IMG/VR virus record: IMGVR_UViG_3300031993_000004
Location: 64,001 to 128,000 of that record
Direction: 5' to 3' (one strand)
Source: a virus
Taxonomy: Duplodnaviria > Caudoviricetes
DNA: 64,000 bases
Made by a program: the position numbers and the translations under genes. Under the pieces are notes generated by a model. It saw only the letters and a program-made list of their open reading frames with translations. It had not been told where the DNA came from and ran no database searches. Shown piece by piece: positions 20,067-29,097 of the stretch. Position 1 is the first letter of the stretch. The number at the start of each line of letters is the position of its first letter.

Positions 20067-20204
20067 GAGCGATTGGCGATAGTGCGTGAATCGCGGTGGT
20101 ATGTTGTGTGGAACTAATTTCCAGGGGAGTTTCGATTCCAGACGAGGATCCTGGAGAAATAGAATGTCGAGGCCGTAAGATCTAGAAGCACATCATATTG
20201 TCAT

Positions 20205-20347
20205 CATTACCTCGTATGCAAGTGGTCAAAAGCAGTCTACCTTTGGTAGGTAGAGAAGACTCTCCACCCGGGATATCCGGCCGGGTATCGGGTTAAAACT
20301 CGCAATCGCGAGGGGGAGTACGCGGGTTCGAATCCCGCCGGGTAATG
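20205..20347 (+). ncRNA. enlarged tRNA-like RNA
   Basis: CATTACC/GGTAATG closing stem, D-like AAGTGGTCAAA, T arm GCGGG-TTCGAAT-CCCGC, ~60-nt branched variable region, no 7-nt anticodon loop. Confidence 0.55.
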
Positions 20348-20367
20348 TTGCTCAATTCTATATAGGC

Positions 20368-20440
20368 CGGGGTGTAGCGCAGTTGGTAGCGCGCCTGCTT
20401 TGGGAGCAGGATGCCGCAGGTTCGAATCCTGTCACTCCGA
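20368..20440 (+). tRNA. tRNA-Pro(TGG)
   Basis: CGGGGTG/CACTCCG; CCTGC-TTTGGGA-GCAGG. Confidence 0.95.
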
Positions 20441-20448
20441 TTTCCCAT

Positions 20449-20532
20449 GCTACTGTGGCGAAATTGGCAGACGCAAGAGACTTAAAATCTCTCGGTGGAT
20501 ACATCTTGTGGGTTCAAGTCCCATCGGTAGCA
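20449..20532 (+). tRNA. tRNA-Leu(TAA)
   Basis: GCTACTG/CGGTAGC; AGAGA-CTTAAAA-TCTCT. Confidence 0.92.
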
Positions 20533-20587
20533 TTCAAAGGCACTTACAGCAATTCTCAAATAATGATGAATGAACGATGTGCCTTGA

Positions 20588-20665
20588 GGTGAAGTAGCTC
20601 AGGTGGTAGAGCGTCGGGAGTGTAACTCCTGCAGGGATGTTAGGTTCGAGCCCTAACCTTCACCA
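20588..20665 (+). tRNA. atypical tRNA, anticodon probably GTA (Tyr-reading)
   Basis: GGTGAAG/CTTCACC; canonical D and T arms; CGGGA-GTGTAAC-TCCTG with non-standard spacing and no long variable arm. Confidence 0.55.
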
Positions 20666-20782
20666 TCCACGTCCTGTCGGAACCTGTGTACGCAGGCCAA
20701 TTCCACAAATAAAAGGATATACGGCGCCAAATGACCGTGACGGTCATGTATATCCCTCTCGGCAGGCTCCGTGGTGCCATAT

Positions 20783-20860
20783 GCCAGTGTAGCTCAGTTG
20801 GTCGTTAAGAGCAGCTCCTTCATACGGAGAAGGTCGGTGGTTCGAATCCACTCATTGGCA
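20783..20860 (+). tRNA. tRNA-Met(CAT)
   Basis: GCCAGTG/CATTGGC; CTCC-TTCATAC-GGAG; Met versus Ile2 not certain. Confidence 0.8.
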
Positions 20861-20872
20861 TTCATTTTTTCA

Positions 20873-21450
20873 TCAATTGAGTAGTAAACAAAAGCCCATT
20901 CAAAGGATGGGTAAGCTTTACCAAGGAAATCGTTGCAGTGCACAAGGATAAGAGTATTGCGATATGCTGCATTCCTAGTATCGGACGAGTACGAAACCTT
21001 GGTTGTGTCATTGGCGCTATTAAGAAGCGTCTTCCCGAAAAGAGCCTCAACGTAAGATCCAGTAGAAGAATCCATAGTCTGGTGCATATCTCGGTCTGTG
21101 GATTGCGATGTAACTGGTGGGAAAAGGATGATACGGGAATCTCCTGAGTAGTGGCGAGCGAAAGGGATCCACAAGAGAGCATGGGGACACGATCCGAACA
21201 CGTGCTTGTGAGTGGTCAAAATCGCCCTGGAAACGGGCATGGGCAGTTATGAAAGATGATGAAAAGATGGCGACGGTTGTGTGCAGTCCAGACCATTTGG
21301 TTGGCGTGGGATACTAAGGAATCACCAGACTGCATATGAACCTAGATTGTTGTGTAAGCGGGAACGCACTGGCCACCTAGCGAGCCAGGTATACCGGAGG
21401 ATTCCGGCGAACATAATTGAAGTGAGACGCTCTATAATCTACACAACAAT
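20873..21450 (+). ncRNA. large structured ncRNA, ROOL-like
   Basis: ~580 nt, non-coding, between tRNAs; TCAATTG (20873) pairs TAATTGA (21414), crossing the 11-bp helix ATTGTTGTGTA (21346)/TACACAACAAT (21440); AGTA/GAA motifs. Confidence 0.55.
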
Positions 21451-21451
21451 T

Positions 21452-21527
21452 GGGGCTGGGCAGGAACACACGTGGCCAGGGTGGCGTTACGACGTTGCCT
21501 TACGGGTTCGAATCCCGTCACAGCTCT
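21452..21527 (+). ncRNA. degenerate tRNA-like element
   Basis: GGGGCTG/CAGCTCT stem and T arm ACGGG-TTCGAAT-CCCGT, but no canonical D or anticodon arm. Confidence 0.45.
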
Positions 21528-21530
21528 TCT

Positions 21531-21603
21531 GACTCGGTAGCCAAGAGGCAAGGCAAGGGAGTGCAAATCCTAGATGCGTCGTGTTCGAATCCGACCCGAG
21601 TCT
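21531..21603 (+). tRNA. tRNA-Cys(GCA), slightly atypical
   Basis: GACTCGG/CCGAGTC; GGA-GTGCAAA-TCC; bulged T stem. Confidence 0.7.
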
Positions 21604-21610
21604 TTTTTTT

Positions 21611-21686
21611 GGGGTATTAGCTCAGACTGGATCAGAGCACCTCCCTTCTAAGGAGGGTGTCGTGGGTTCGAATCCTACATACCCCA
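21611..21686 (+). tRNA. tRNA-Arg(TCT)
   Basis: GGGGTAT/ATACCCC; CCTCC-CTTCTAA-GGAGG. Confidence 0.93.
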
Positions 21687-21704
21687 TTCAACATTCCGAA
21701 ATTT

Positions 21705-21720
21705 CATATATATATTATTA
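21705..21720 (+). promoter_or_regulatory. putative early promoter motif
   Basis: CATATATATATTATTA directly upstream of a non-coding GC-rich region. Confidence 0.55.
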
Positions 21721-21724
21721 TTAT

Positions 21725-22410
21725 GAAGGAAGATAACATCTTCCTTTACGCGCGACACCAGCGCAGCACAACGACAAACAAGACCGAACACGGCGGTCGG
21801 ACGATCCCGAAATATGGGATTGTCCTAGGGTCACTAGGCTAACCCAAAGCAAATGCTAGCCTAGTCAGTTCGACAGCAACTGTTAGGGGTCAACCCGAAA
21901 AGCTGTAGTAATCGCATGTCCTATCCGCAATGTATTGAAGCATTGTGTAACCCATGATAGGATTCCTGTATCACTCGCCTCTGGGAGTGATAGGAGTAGG
22001 CTCACACATTACGCCGAGACGCGAACAAAGAAGGCAGGTCGACTTCGCTTTCCTGCTGAGCGGTCAGAGGAATACCCATACATCCGTGGTGGGATGTGAC
22101 AGTGCGTTGTGGAGAAAAGTTATGGGGTTTCTCCGCCAATCGAAAATCGATTGCCTAGGGGGATGGGATGAGATCCATCGTCTGAGCACCTGCGTGAAGA
22201 ATATCTCAAACCAAGACAGACGTGGTCCACTGGCGGCCGCGCTTGGTCGGGTGTGCGGTTGCACCCAACGGAATGTGTCCGATTGCGGATAGGTCATTCG
22301 GGTTAAAACACGCTAATTAGCGTGCCGGCTGGGCCTGGATCCGAACCGGGCACAACAACGAGGAAGGATACTGAGTGGGATTGCGTGTGACAATCCCACT
22401 CATTATTCTT
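21725..22410 (+). ncRNA. unassigned large structured ncRNA (~690 nt)
   Basis: Promoter upstream, terminator-like hairpin TGAGTGGGATTG/CAATCCCACTCA downstream, 12-bp long-range helix 21920-21931/22282-22293, many local hairpins, no credible ORF. Confidence 0.55.
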
Positions 22411-22511
22411 CTTATAAAGCGGGAGTGTCGGGGCCGATCCGGCCCCGAACTCTTTTGATCTATTTTTTATATTATATAGCGGGGGAGACCCCGCAGAAAG
22501 TGAGGATCATC

Positions 22512-23066
22512 ATGAGACCGACTAGACAAGAAATCAAATCCGTTGCAAGACGGAGAAGAAATCCGAATGGCGCATCGCGCGCCATCATCACAGCAGACGA
22601 TGTCCGCCAGTTGGCGGAAAAGCCCGTTCTGGAGTTGATGGGTTTGTTCCGCAGATGCTCCGGGACAAACGAAAGCGGTTTGGAGACCCTGTTCGGGGTC
22701 AAGAATGCTGCTCTTGACCGGGAGGCCCTTGAGCTGCTTGAGCCGATGTTCTTTCGTTATTTTGAACCGTTCTGTTTCAAAACAGAACGGTTCAACTCAT
22801 GGGAATTCAACATCCCCACGAGTGAACTACACGGTCTCGTGTATCTGGCAGATTATGACAACGAATTTGTGATAATGTCCCAATACGAAATAAGAAACAC
22901 TGGGGATGTAATCGATGTTGAAATCATCGGAATCGATAATGATTTCAGCACGGTAACCGTTTCCACGGGAACGAACTTCTCGTGGGGACAAACCGTCTGT
23001 TACTCCTACGACAGCTTGAGAGAAGCATATTTCGCTGCTGTCATTGAGCGAAGGTGGGAAAATTGA
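22512..23066 (+). CDS. hypothetical protein
   Basis: Start moved to ATG 22512 after AGAAAGTGAGG. Confidence 0.7.
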   Translation: MRPTRQEIKSVARRRRNPNGASRAIITADDVRQLAEKPVLELMGLFRRCSGTNESGLETLFGVKNAALDREALELLEPMFFRYFEPFCFKTERFNSWEFNIPTSELHGLVYLADYDNEFVIMSQYEIRNTGDVIDVEIIGIDNDFSTVTVSTGTNFSWGQTVCYSYDSLREAYFAAVIERRWEN

Positions 23067-23199
23067 GTGATTCAGGGGCGCTTCGGCGCCCCTCACTTTA
23101 TTTTTTTTTTTGATATTCTGATATTTCATATATATATTATTTTTGTGCAAAGGAAGTGATCATTCCAATGCAAATAATAAGAAAGTGAGGAAAAAAATT

Positions 23200-23973
23200 A
23201 TGAGCATTATGAAAGACCCCGTAATCTGGTATACTCTCGATGATTTCTATGACAGAAATGTGACATGTGTTTCACTGACACGAGAAGCATGTGACAAGAT
23301 GTTTGACAATCATAATGATGAATTAAAAGCAGATGGATTCCAACCACATCCGGAATCGGACAGAAAGGATCTTGTTCAGAGTATCGCACTGACCGGAGAC
23401 CTGACGATATACTATTGTGTCGCAGGATACTATAGTGGACAAAGCGTGGTCGGTGCATGTTTACAAAATCAGCTTGAGGAAATGCAAGCATTTGTCGATA
23501 GGCTCAATGCCCAGCACGGTGACAACTTTTTCCACATTGAAAAAGTCACGCTCGGACTTTCTCAAAATACGGACAAGACGTACTATGGTGTCCGCCTTCC
23601 GATCATTTCCGATATTCCGGATGGTTATTGGAATACATACAAAAACGTGTCTATGGACAATCTCGAGAACTTCCTGGTTCCAAAGGTTGAAGTTTGTACA
23701 GGAGATGATATTGAAGACTTCAACAAATACGGAATGGCGCGCCCCGAGATTTACAATCTCACAGTTGATCAACTGTGTATGACAGACGGAAGTGTCAAGT
23801 ATCTGTACAAGTACACAGTCCGCTGTTATGCGACTGACGATGTTCAGGCATTGAAAATTGCTACGGAAGCATTATCTCAGTATCTGTATGAAAAGAGATG
23901 CAACGAACCGCAAACAATGCCTGATCCGAACAGAATAACGACATGGGATACTGGTGATCCTGAAGAACATTAA
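23200..23973 (+). CDS. hypothetical protein
   Basis: Start moved to ATG 23200 after AGAAAGTGAGG; promoter motif 23127-23141. Confidence 0.7.
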   Translation: MSIMKDPVIWYTLDDFYDRNVTCVSLTREACDKMFDNHNDELKADGFQPHPESDRKDLVQSIALTGDLTIYYCVAGYYSGQSVVGACLQNQLEEMQAFVDRLNAQHGDNFFHIEKVTLGLSQNTDKTYYGVRLPIISDIPDGYWNTYKNVSMDNLENFLVPKVEVCTGDDIEDFNKYGMARPEIYNLTVDQLCMTDGSVKYLYKYTVRCYATDDVQALKIATEALSQYLYEKRCNEPQTMPDPNRITTWDTGDPEEH

Positions 23974-23987
23974 TGGAGGTTTAAAAA

Positions 23988-24704
23988 ATGGGCACTCAAG
24001 ATAGAAATCAAGAACTGGTAAGATCCAGATTTATAATGGCAAAACCACTGTATCTGAGCACAGTTGAAAAATGGGCAAAAGAACCCGCTGAAAACAAGAA
24101 CGGGTTCACAGAGCAAACCAGAGCTATCTATGCATCAGCAGCCGAGGAGGCTGAGAAGGAACATATTGATGGAAATGCAGTCCAGGTTTGCGAGCTGATC
24201 TTTGCGGAAAAAGAAGATGGTGCTGAGCGCATCATTTCCAGAATTCCGTTTCTGGTGACGTATCAATATAAAGAATCCCCGTATGGGAAAGGCGAACATG
24301 ACTGGTTCGCAACACCAAAAATGTATAACGTACACTCGTGGGAATACGGCACACCACAGATCGCATCCCCGCCGCTCAAAAAAGAGCAAAATTCTCACGC
24401 GGATTATTTGTGTTCTGCGGTCTTTACGATGCACGCTGTCATCAGAAGTGTCGCTCGTTCAGTGGCAGCAAACTCAAGCATCCCGTATAATTCAGAAATT
24501 ACAGACGGATGGTTACAAGATTCAGGCGCTGCACACGAATTCATTGTTCGTGCAAAATACTTATTGCACGACTGGTTTGAAAAACAGCATAAGCAGAGCA
24601 GATCTCCGATTGATCAGGATACCATCAATCAGAATGCAGCATTTCTGATGAGATCACTTGCTGCTCTTACAAATTCCACAGATGAAGGAGATGTTTCCAA
24701 ATGA
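23988..24704 (+). CDS. hypothetical protein
   Basis: 238 aa, GGAGG RBS. Confidence 0.7.
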   Translation: MGTQDRNQELVRSRFIMAKPLYLSTVEKWAKEPAENKNGFTEQTRAIYASAAEEAEKEHIDGNAVQVCELIFAEKEDGAERIISRIPFLVTYQYKESPYGKGEHDWFATPKMYNVHSWEYGTPQIASPPLKKEQNSHADYLCSAVFTMHAVIRSVARSVAANSSIPYNSEITDGWLQDSGAAHEFIVRAKYLLHDWFEKQHKQSRSPIDQDTINQNAAFLMRSLAALTNSTDEGDVSK

Positions 24705-25636
24705 TGAAAGCTGTGCTCCGATTAACATATAATGGCGTTGAACACAACATCATTTGTGAAGGCCGTTCAATCTATCCGGATTGTCTGGTTGAAGATGATG
24801 AACACCTGTATGTATACGAACTCTCAGAAAGATTAATCGAATGGCAGACAATTGTCGATGGCAAACCTTTGTGGCGGATTCATGTGACACATGATCCGTC
24901 CAAGAATGCGAAGTTATTCATTGTCACAAAATCGTCTCTTCGAAAAATATTCAAGCTGGACCCAATCGATGAGTACTGGATTGATGTTGAGGAAATCATT
25001 CCGTTTGATGATGATAAAGAGCACCCGTATTCGTATTCTTACGATGAGCGTGGTGAATATTTCGTCACAAATCCATTTTTACAAGATATGCCGGAATATC
25101 CGTTTGATCGGGATGAACTGACAAAAGCATATACAGAAATCATCGGGAATGAAGTCCTCGGGGATTCTTGTGCGGACGAACTGATGACTGAACTGGTTTG
25201 CTCTGGAGAGATTATTAATGCCGCCGGAGATTTCCGTATATGGACAGAAGAGGAAAATACCTATATTCTTCATCTGCCTTCTGGTACCATCGTTGGATGG
25301 TATAAGTTCTTCCATATCGGCAGATGCAATTTCTGTAATAAGCCTAATATGACAATTGCTGATTTGCGTCAATTCTTTATGCTACTGCGCAATCAGCTTC
25401 TCAAAGAACCTGATCGTGTAACTGATCCTATCATTCCGAAAGTTGCTGTTACGGAAATCGATCGCAATACGTATCCGGGAGATCCAAACGAGGATGTCAT
25501 TCTTGATATGTCGTCCATGTATCCGAAAATTGGAATCGTGATTCCGTCGGAGCATACGACATCTGATGGAAAGATCATCTATCATGGTGAACAAGGTCCC
25601 GATGAAGGAGACGATTATGAAACAGACGACAATTGA
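24701..25636 (+). CDS. hypothetical protein
   Basis: 311 aa, ATGA-coupled to upstream gene. Confidence 0.7.
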   Translation: MMKAVLRLTYNGVEHNIICEGRSIYPDCLVEDDEHLYVYELSERLIEWQTIVDGKPLWRIHVTHDPSKNAKLFIVTKSSLRKIFKLDPIDEYWIDVEEIIPFDDDKEHPYSYSYDERGEYFVTNPFLQDMPEYPFDRDELTKAYTEIIGNEVLGDSCADELMTELVCSGEIINAAGDFRIWTEEENTYILHLPSGTIVGWYKFFHIGRCNFCNKPNMTIADLRQFFMLLRNQLLKEPDRVTDPIIPKVAVTEIDRNTYPGDPNEDVILDMSSMYPKIGIVIPSEHTTSDGKIIYHGEQGPDEGDDYETDDN

Positions 25637-26216
25637 CCAAATCCGTGAGGTTGTAAGAGACTGCATTGAACAAGATGCAGTCCACGGAAGTGCGATTCAT
25701 TGGGATCTTGGAAAAGATTCCGATGGAAATGACCGTTTCTATGTGACATGGGGAAAACCCGGCGAATACACTCTCATCGGAGTAGAAAACAACATCGGAG
25801 TCGAAAACGCTTTCGTATATATCGTGCATGACTATGACACGGGTGAATCTATGCGATTCTTCGCGGATCATATCGAATCCGATCCAAAAAGATGGAACGA
25901 TTCCGGTGAACCCGACTTCGCGTCAGAAGGTCTATCAACATTGGCTACCGAGCTGATTACGATGATAGACACCCCCGAATATGATCTGTACGGAACCATC
26001 TTTGAAAAACACGAAGATGGTTCGTATTATCTTACCGAAGAGGCTGCTGCTGAGCAGGAACGACGCGAAAAAGAACAGCGTTTACGGAATTCCAAACCGG
26101 ACTGTATGCCAACAAATGCTGAAATGGGCGTGCAGCTCCTCACTCATCTGATATCGCAAGAAGCTTTATCGGCAAAACATTTATTACCACCTAAAGCAGG
26201 GGAGGGAACAAAATGA
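25617..26216 (+). CDS. hypothetical protein
   Basis: Start moved to ATG 25617 after AAGGAG. Confidence 0.7.
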   Translation: MKQTTIDQIREVVRDCIEQDAVHGSAIHWDLGKDSDGNDRFYVTWGKPGEYTLIGVENNIGVENAFVYIVHDYDTGESMRFFADHIESDPKRWNDSGEPDFASEGLSTLATELITMIDTPEYDLYGTIFEKHEDGSYYLTEEAAAEQERREKEQRLRNSKPDCMPTNAEMGVQLLTHLISQEALSAKHLLPPKAGEGTK

Positions 26217-26683
26217 GACTATGTGCTGGTTACGACGGGAGAACCTGTGTCCGGAATATGACCATGTTCTTGATGGCAGTTTTCTCGACGAAAATCTCCG
26301 AATACGCCATGAAGAAACTTGGTGACAAACACGACAATTTCTCGTGCCACCTCTTCGAAGAGGGTGCCGGCATTATGATCAGTGCGTCCCATGATGCGAA
26401 TGATGATCCAACGTTTTATCCCATGTATCGTGTGACTGTTAACGACGACCGTAATACTGTATACGTCGTATACGGTGATGACATCGTCACATTCCGTATT
26501 AAGACGACGGCGATTGGAACTGGAATTTCATGCTCAGATTATTCCAACATCAAAGATCCGATCGCATTGGAACATATCACGGAATTGCGTCAATTGATCC
26601 AGGATGCGATGAAGACGATCGTCGGCCCGATGGCAGCACTCGCCATAATGCCTGATGAAGGGATTGATCATGATGCATCGTAA
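26213..26683 (+). CDS. hypothetical protein
   Basis: 156 aa, ATGA-coupled. Confidence 0.65.
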   Translation: MRLCAGYDGRTCVRNMTMFLMAVFSTKISEYAMKKLGDKHDNFSCHLFEEGAGIMISASHDANDDPTFYPMYRVTVNDDRNTVYVVYGDDIVTFRIKTTAIGTGISCSDYSNIKDPIALEHITELRQLIQDAMKTIVGPMAALAIMPDEGIDHDAS

Positions 26684-27305
26684 GCCAATAAAGTACGAAC
26701 CCGTCAAGCCGTCTGTGTTTGACGGGTTCAAACTCGATCTGATTGTGATTGTAATCCTTATTATAATCGCAGGGGTCTGCACAATTATTACGACCCCAAG
26801 AACTAACAAAACCATGTCATCTGCTGATACAGCAGAAATCACGACCACGTGCACGACTTCAACTACCGTTATGACCACCACTACAACGGTTACGACTGTA
26901 ACAACTACGACAACCGAAATGACAACAACCACCACAACCACTTATGATCCAAAGGAACGCCTAATCGATTATGGCAACTTTACTGCCACTTATTATCATG
27001 GCAGATATACAAATCCATGTCCTGGTGGATCCGGACGGATGCTTCTGGACTGTACACCAAAAGACGATGAAATCAAAGGCAGTGTTGCTTGTCGACGGAT
27101 TCAAGAAGATTACGGATATAACGTAAACGGAAGAACCCGTGTTTATCTCGAAATGGACAGTCATCCTGAAATGGACGGCTGGTATTTCGTCGATGACGCG
27201 TGCGAGAAGCTCACAATTGTAGACTTTTATTTCATCGAATATGAGGATTGTCCATGGTGTGGTGATATACCACCATCTGTACACTTGTGGATGGAAGTCT
27301 CATAA
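26670..27305 (+). CDS. membrane-anchored 3D-domain (lytic transglycosylase-like) protein with Thr-rich linker
   Basis: TM LIVIVILIIIAGVC, poly-Thr linker, GNFTATYY..GSG..GSVAC..TRVYLE..GWYFVDDAC..VDFY resembles 3D domain. Confidence 0.6.
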   Translation: MMHRKPIKYEPVKPSVFDGFKLDLIVIVILIIIAGVCTIITTPRTNKTMSSADTAEITTTCTTSTTVMTTTTTVTTVTTTTTEMTTTTTTTYDPKERLIDYGNFTATYYHGRYTNPCPGGSGRMLLDCTPKDDEIKGSVACRRIQEDYGYNVNGRTRVYLEMDSHPEMDGWYFVDDACEKLTIVDFYFIEYEDCPWCGDIPPSVHLWMEVS

Positions 27306-27307
27306 CT

Positions 27308-28093
27308 GTCTAGTTTGGGTAAAGTGCTGCGAGGCGCAGTATGGTCGTGGTGTTGCACGGTCCAGTATGACATTGTTTTGTCGAGCAACTGTATAGCGGT
27401 GTATTGTCAGGTTTTGGTACTGTGGCGTTAGGTTCAGCACGGTCTCGTCTGGTACTGGTTTAGTATTGCCGAGCAGCGCAACGTATAATGCAGTGACGGT
27501 GTAGTCATGTCTGATGTGGTCGAGTCAAGTCAAGGTTAAGCTGCGTTCGGTGCAGGTGCCGTTCAGTTGTGGTGTAGTCGAGGTTTGGTAAAGTACTGTA
27601 CAGCTAAGTATCGTCAATGTGTTGTCAAGAACGGTTCCGTGATGTTAAGGTTAGGATACGTGCCGTATGATACCGTGAAGGTATGGTGCAATGAGCTCAA
27701 GTGTTGTTATGACACGTGCATTTCTGTAAAGGTTAAGCTCTGTGACGCATTGCATCTCGTGATTGTAAAGGAAAGTGTCATGCAGAACAGTGCAGCGTAG
27801 TTTCTGTGCTGTTATATCTTGTCCAGCGTGGTTAAGGTCGGGTACGGTCCCGCATTGTTCTGTTTGGTAATGTAATAGCGTAGTACAGTTAGGTTGTGTT
27901 ACGTAGAGCAACTGCATAGTGATCTGATGTAGGGTCGTGTCACGGTCGGTGATGTAATGTACAGCATAGGTATAGTTCCGTATAGTATCGTTCAGCCATG
28001 TTCAGTTGCGGTAGAGTAAAGTTGAGCGACGTGTGGTAGGGTAACGGTGGAGTGTTGTGTTGTCACGTGAAGTCAAGTAATAGTAATGGTAAA
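27308..28093 (+). repeat. degenerate pentamer (GY-NNN) array 2
   Basis: GTCTA GTTTGG GTAAA GTGCT GCGAG GCGCA GTATG...; same grammar as array 1; starts 2 nt after the upstream stop. Confidence 0.9.
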
Positions 28094-28146
28094 CACACTC
28101 ATCACAATTCTTTCGTAATATGAGATTTGAAGAAATTCTGAAATCT

Positions 28147-28163
28147 CATATATATATCATTAT
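28147..28163 (+). promoter_or_regulatory. putative early promoter of the RAMP gene
   Basis: CATATATATATCATTAT, identical to the motif at 16750. Confidence 0.6.
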
Positions 28164-28268
28164 GATGATCCGGAGACAAATTCTCACCCCCACCCGGATC
28201 AAAAACAAACAAATTCACAAATTCAATGGGTTTAAAGTGGGGGACAACCCGGAAAAGGAGCGCATATT

Positions 28269-29033
28269 ATGGCAAACAAGAAAGACGCTGCAGAAGCAGC
28301 AGCAACAACCACCACGGTCGAGAAGAAGGCACCTGCGAAAAAGAAGGCAAAATCTGATGGGCCTCAAAAGTATTACATGACGACAGTTGAGGTAACTTTC
28401 ACGAACGAGCTTCTGGCCACCAACAGCGCGGATCCGGATATCTATTCCGCGTATCTCGCGTCACTCGCAAGTGACGAAGACCGCAAGGCGGAACTCGAGC
28501 GTCTCGGCCTCGCAGAGGTTGATGAGAAGGGTATGACGGTTTTCCTCAGAAACAAGGAAAACCCGATGATCCCTCAGCTCAAGGCATATACATGGCTCGG
28601 GTTCCTCAAGGCCCGCAGCCGTGCACAGGCAAAGATCGACGGAAATCCGATCGTTGGAATGACCGCATATATCAAAGAAATCGATGACCGCATTGCGGTA
28701 TCTCCGAAATTCATTGATCTGGAGCTCCCGGAAGGAGCAGCTGTTGACACTCTGCAGCGTCCGCTTCGTGCGCAAACCATGCAGGGTGACCGTGTCGCTC
28801 TCGCAAAGTCTGAGACTGTTCCGGCTGGCACAAAGTGCCGCTTTACCTTCAGAACCGAAACTCTTGAAGGTATGAAGCTTGTTGAAGCCTGCCTCAGATA
28901 CGGCGCTATCCATGGTACAGGCCAGTGGAGGAATGCCGGTTACGGCACCTTCACATATAAGATCATCGATAGATGGTCGGAGGTCGAAGAGCCGATCGTT
29001 CTGTCTGAAGAGGACTTCCCTGTCCGCGCATAA
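28269..29033 (+). CDS. stand-alone Cas7/Csm3-like RAMP-fold protein (Vipr-like candidate RNA-guided effector)
   Basis: VEVTFTNELLAT (beta1), PQLKAYTWLGFLKAR, SETVPAGTKCRFTF, C-terminal G-rich loop YGAIHGTGQWRNAGYGTF; AAAAGGAG RBS; flanked by pentamer arrays. Confidence 0.75.
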   Translation: MANKKDAAEAAATTTTVEKKAPAKKKAKSDGPQKYYMTTVEVTFTNELLATNSADPDIYSAYLASLASDEDRKAELERLGLAEVDEKGMTVFLRNKENPMIPQLKAYTWLGFLKARSRAQAKIDGNPIVGMTAYIKEIDDRIAVSPKFIDLELPEGAAVDTLQRPLRAQTMQGDRVALAKSETVPAGTKCRFTFRTETLEGMKLVEACLRYGAIHGTGQWRNAGYGTFTYKIIDRWSEVEEPIVLSEEDFPVRA

Positions 29034-29047
29034 TACTCACAAGATCG

Positions 29048-29080
29048 AAATTGGCGGTGTCTATATGGCACCGCCAATTT
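29048..29080 (+). promoter_or_regulatory. hairpin between the RAMP gene and array 3
   Basis: AAATTGGCGGTG-TCTATATGG-CACCGCCAATTT. Confidence 0.6.
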
Positions 29081-29097
29081 TCTATGCTACCACAATG

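Noticed and set aside
20534-20587. AAGGCAC-TTACAGCAA...GTGCCTT stem between tRNAs
   Set aside because: Single short stem; cannot be assigned with any confidence
21135-21170. 23S rRNA gene fragment
   Set aside because: Only ~25 nt resemble 23S and the flanks do not; better explained as a structural module in a large ncRNA
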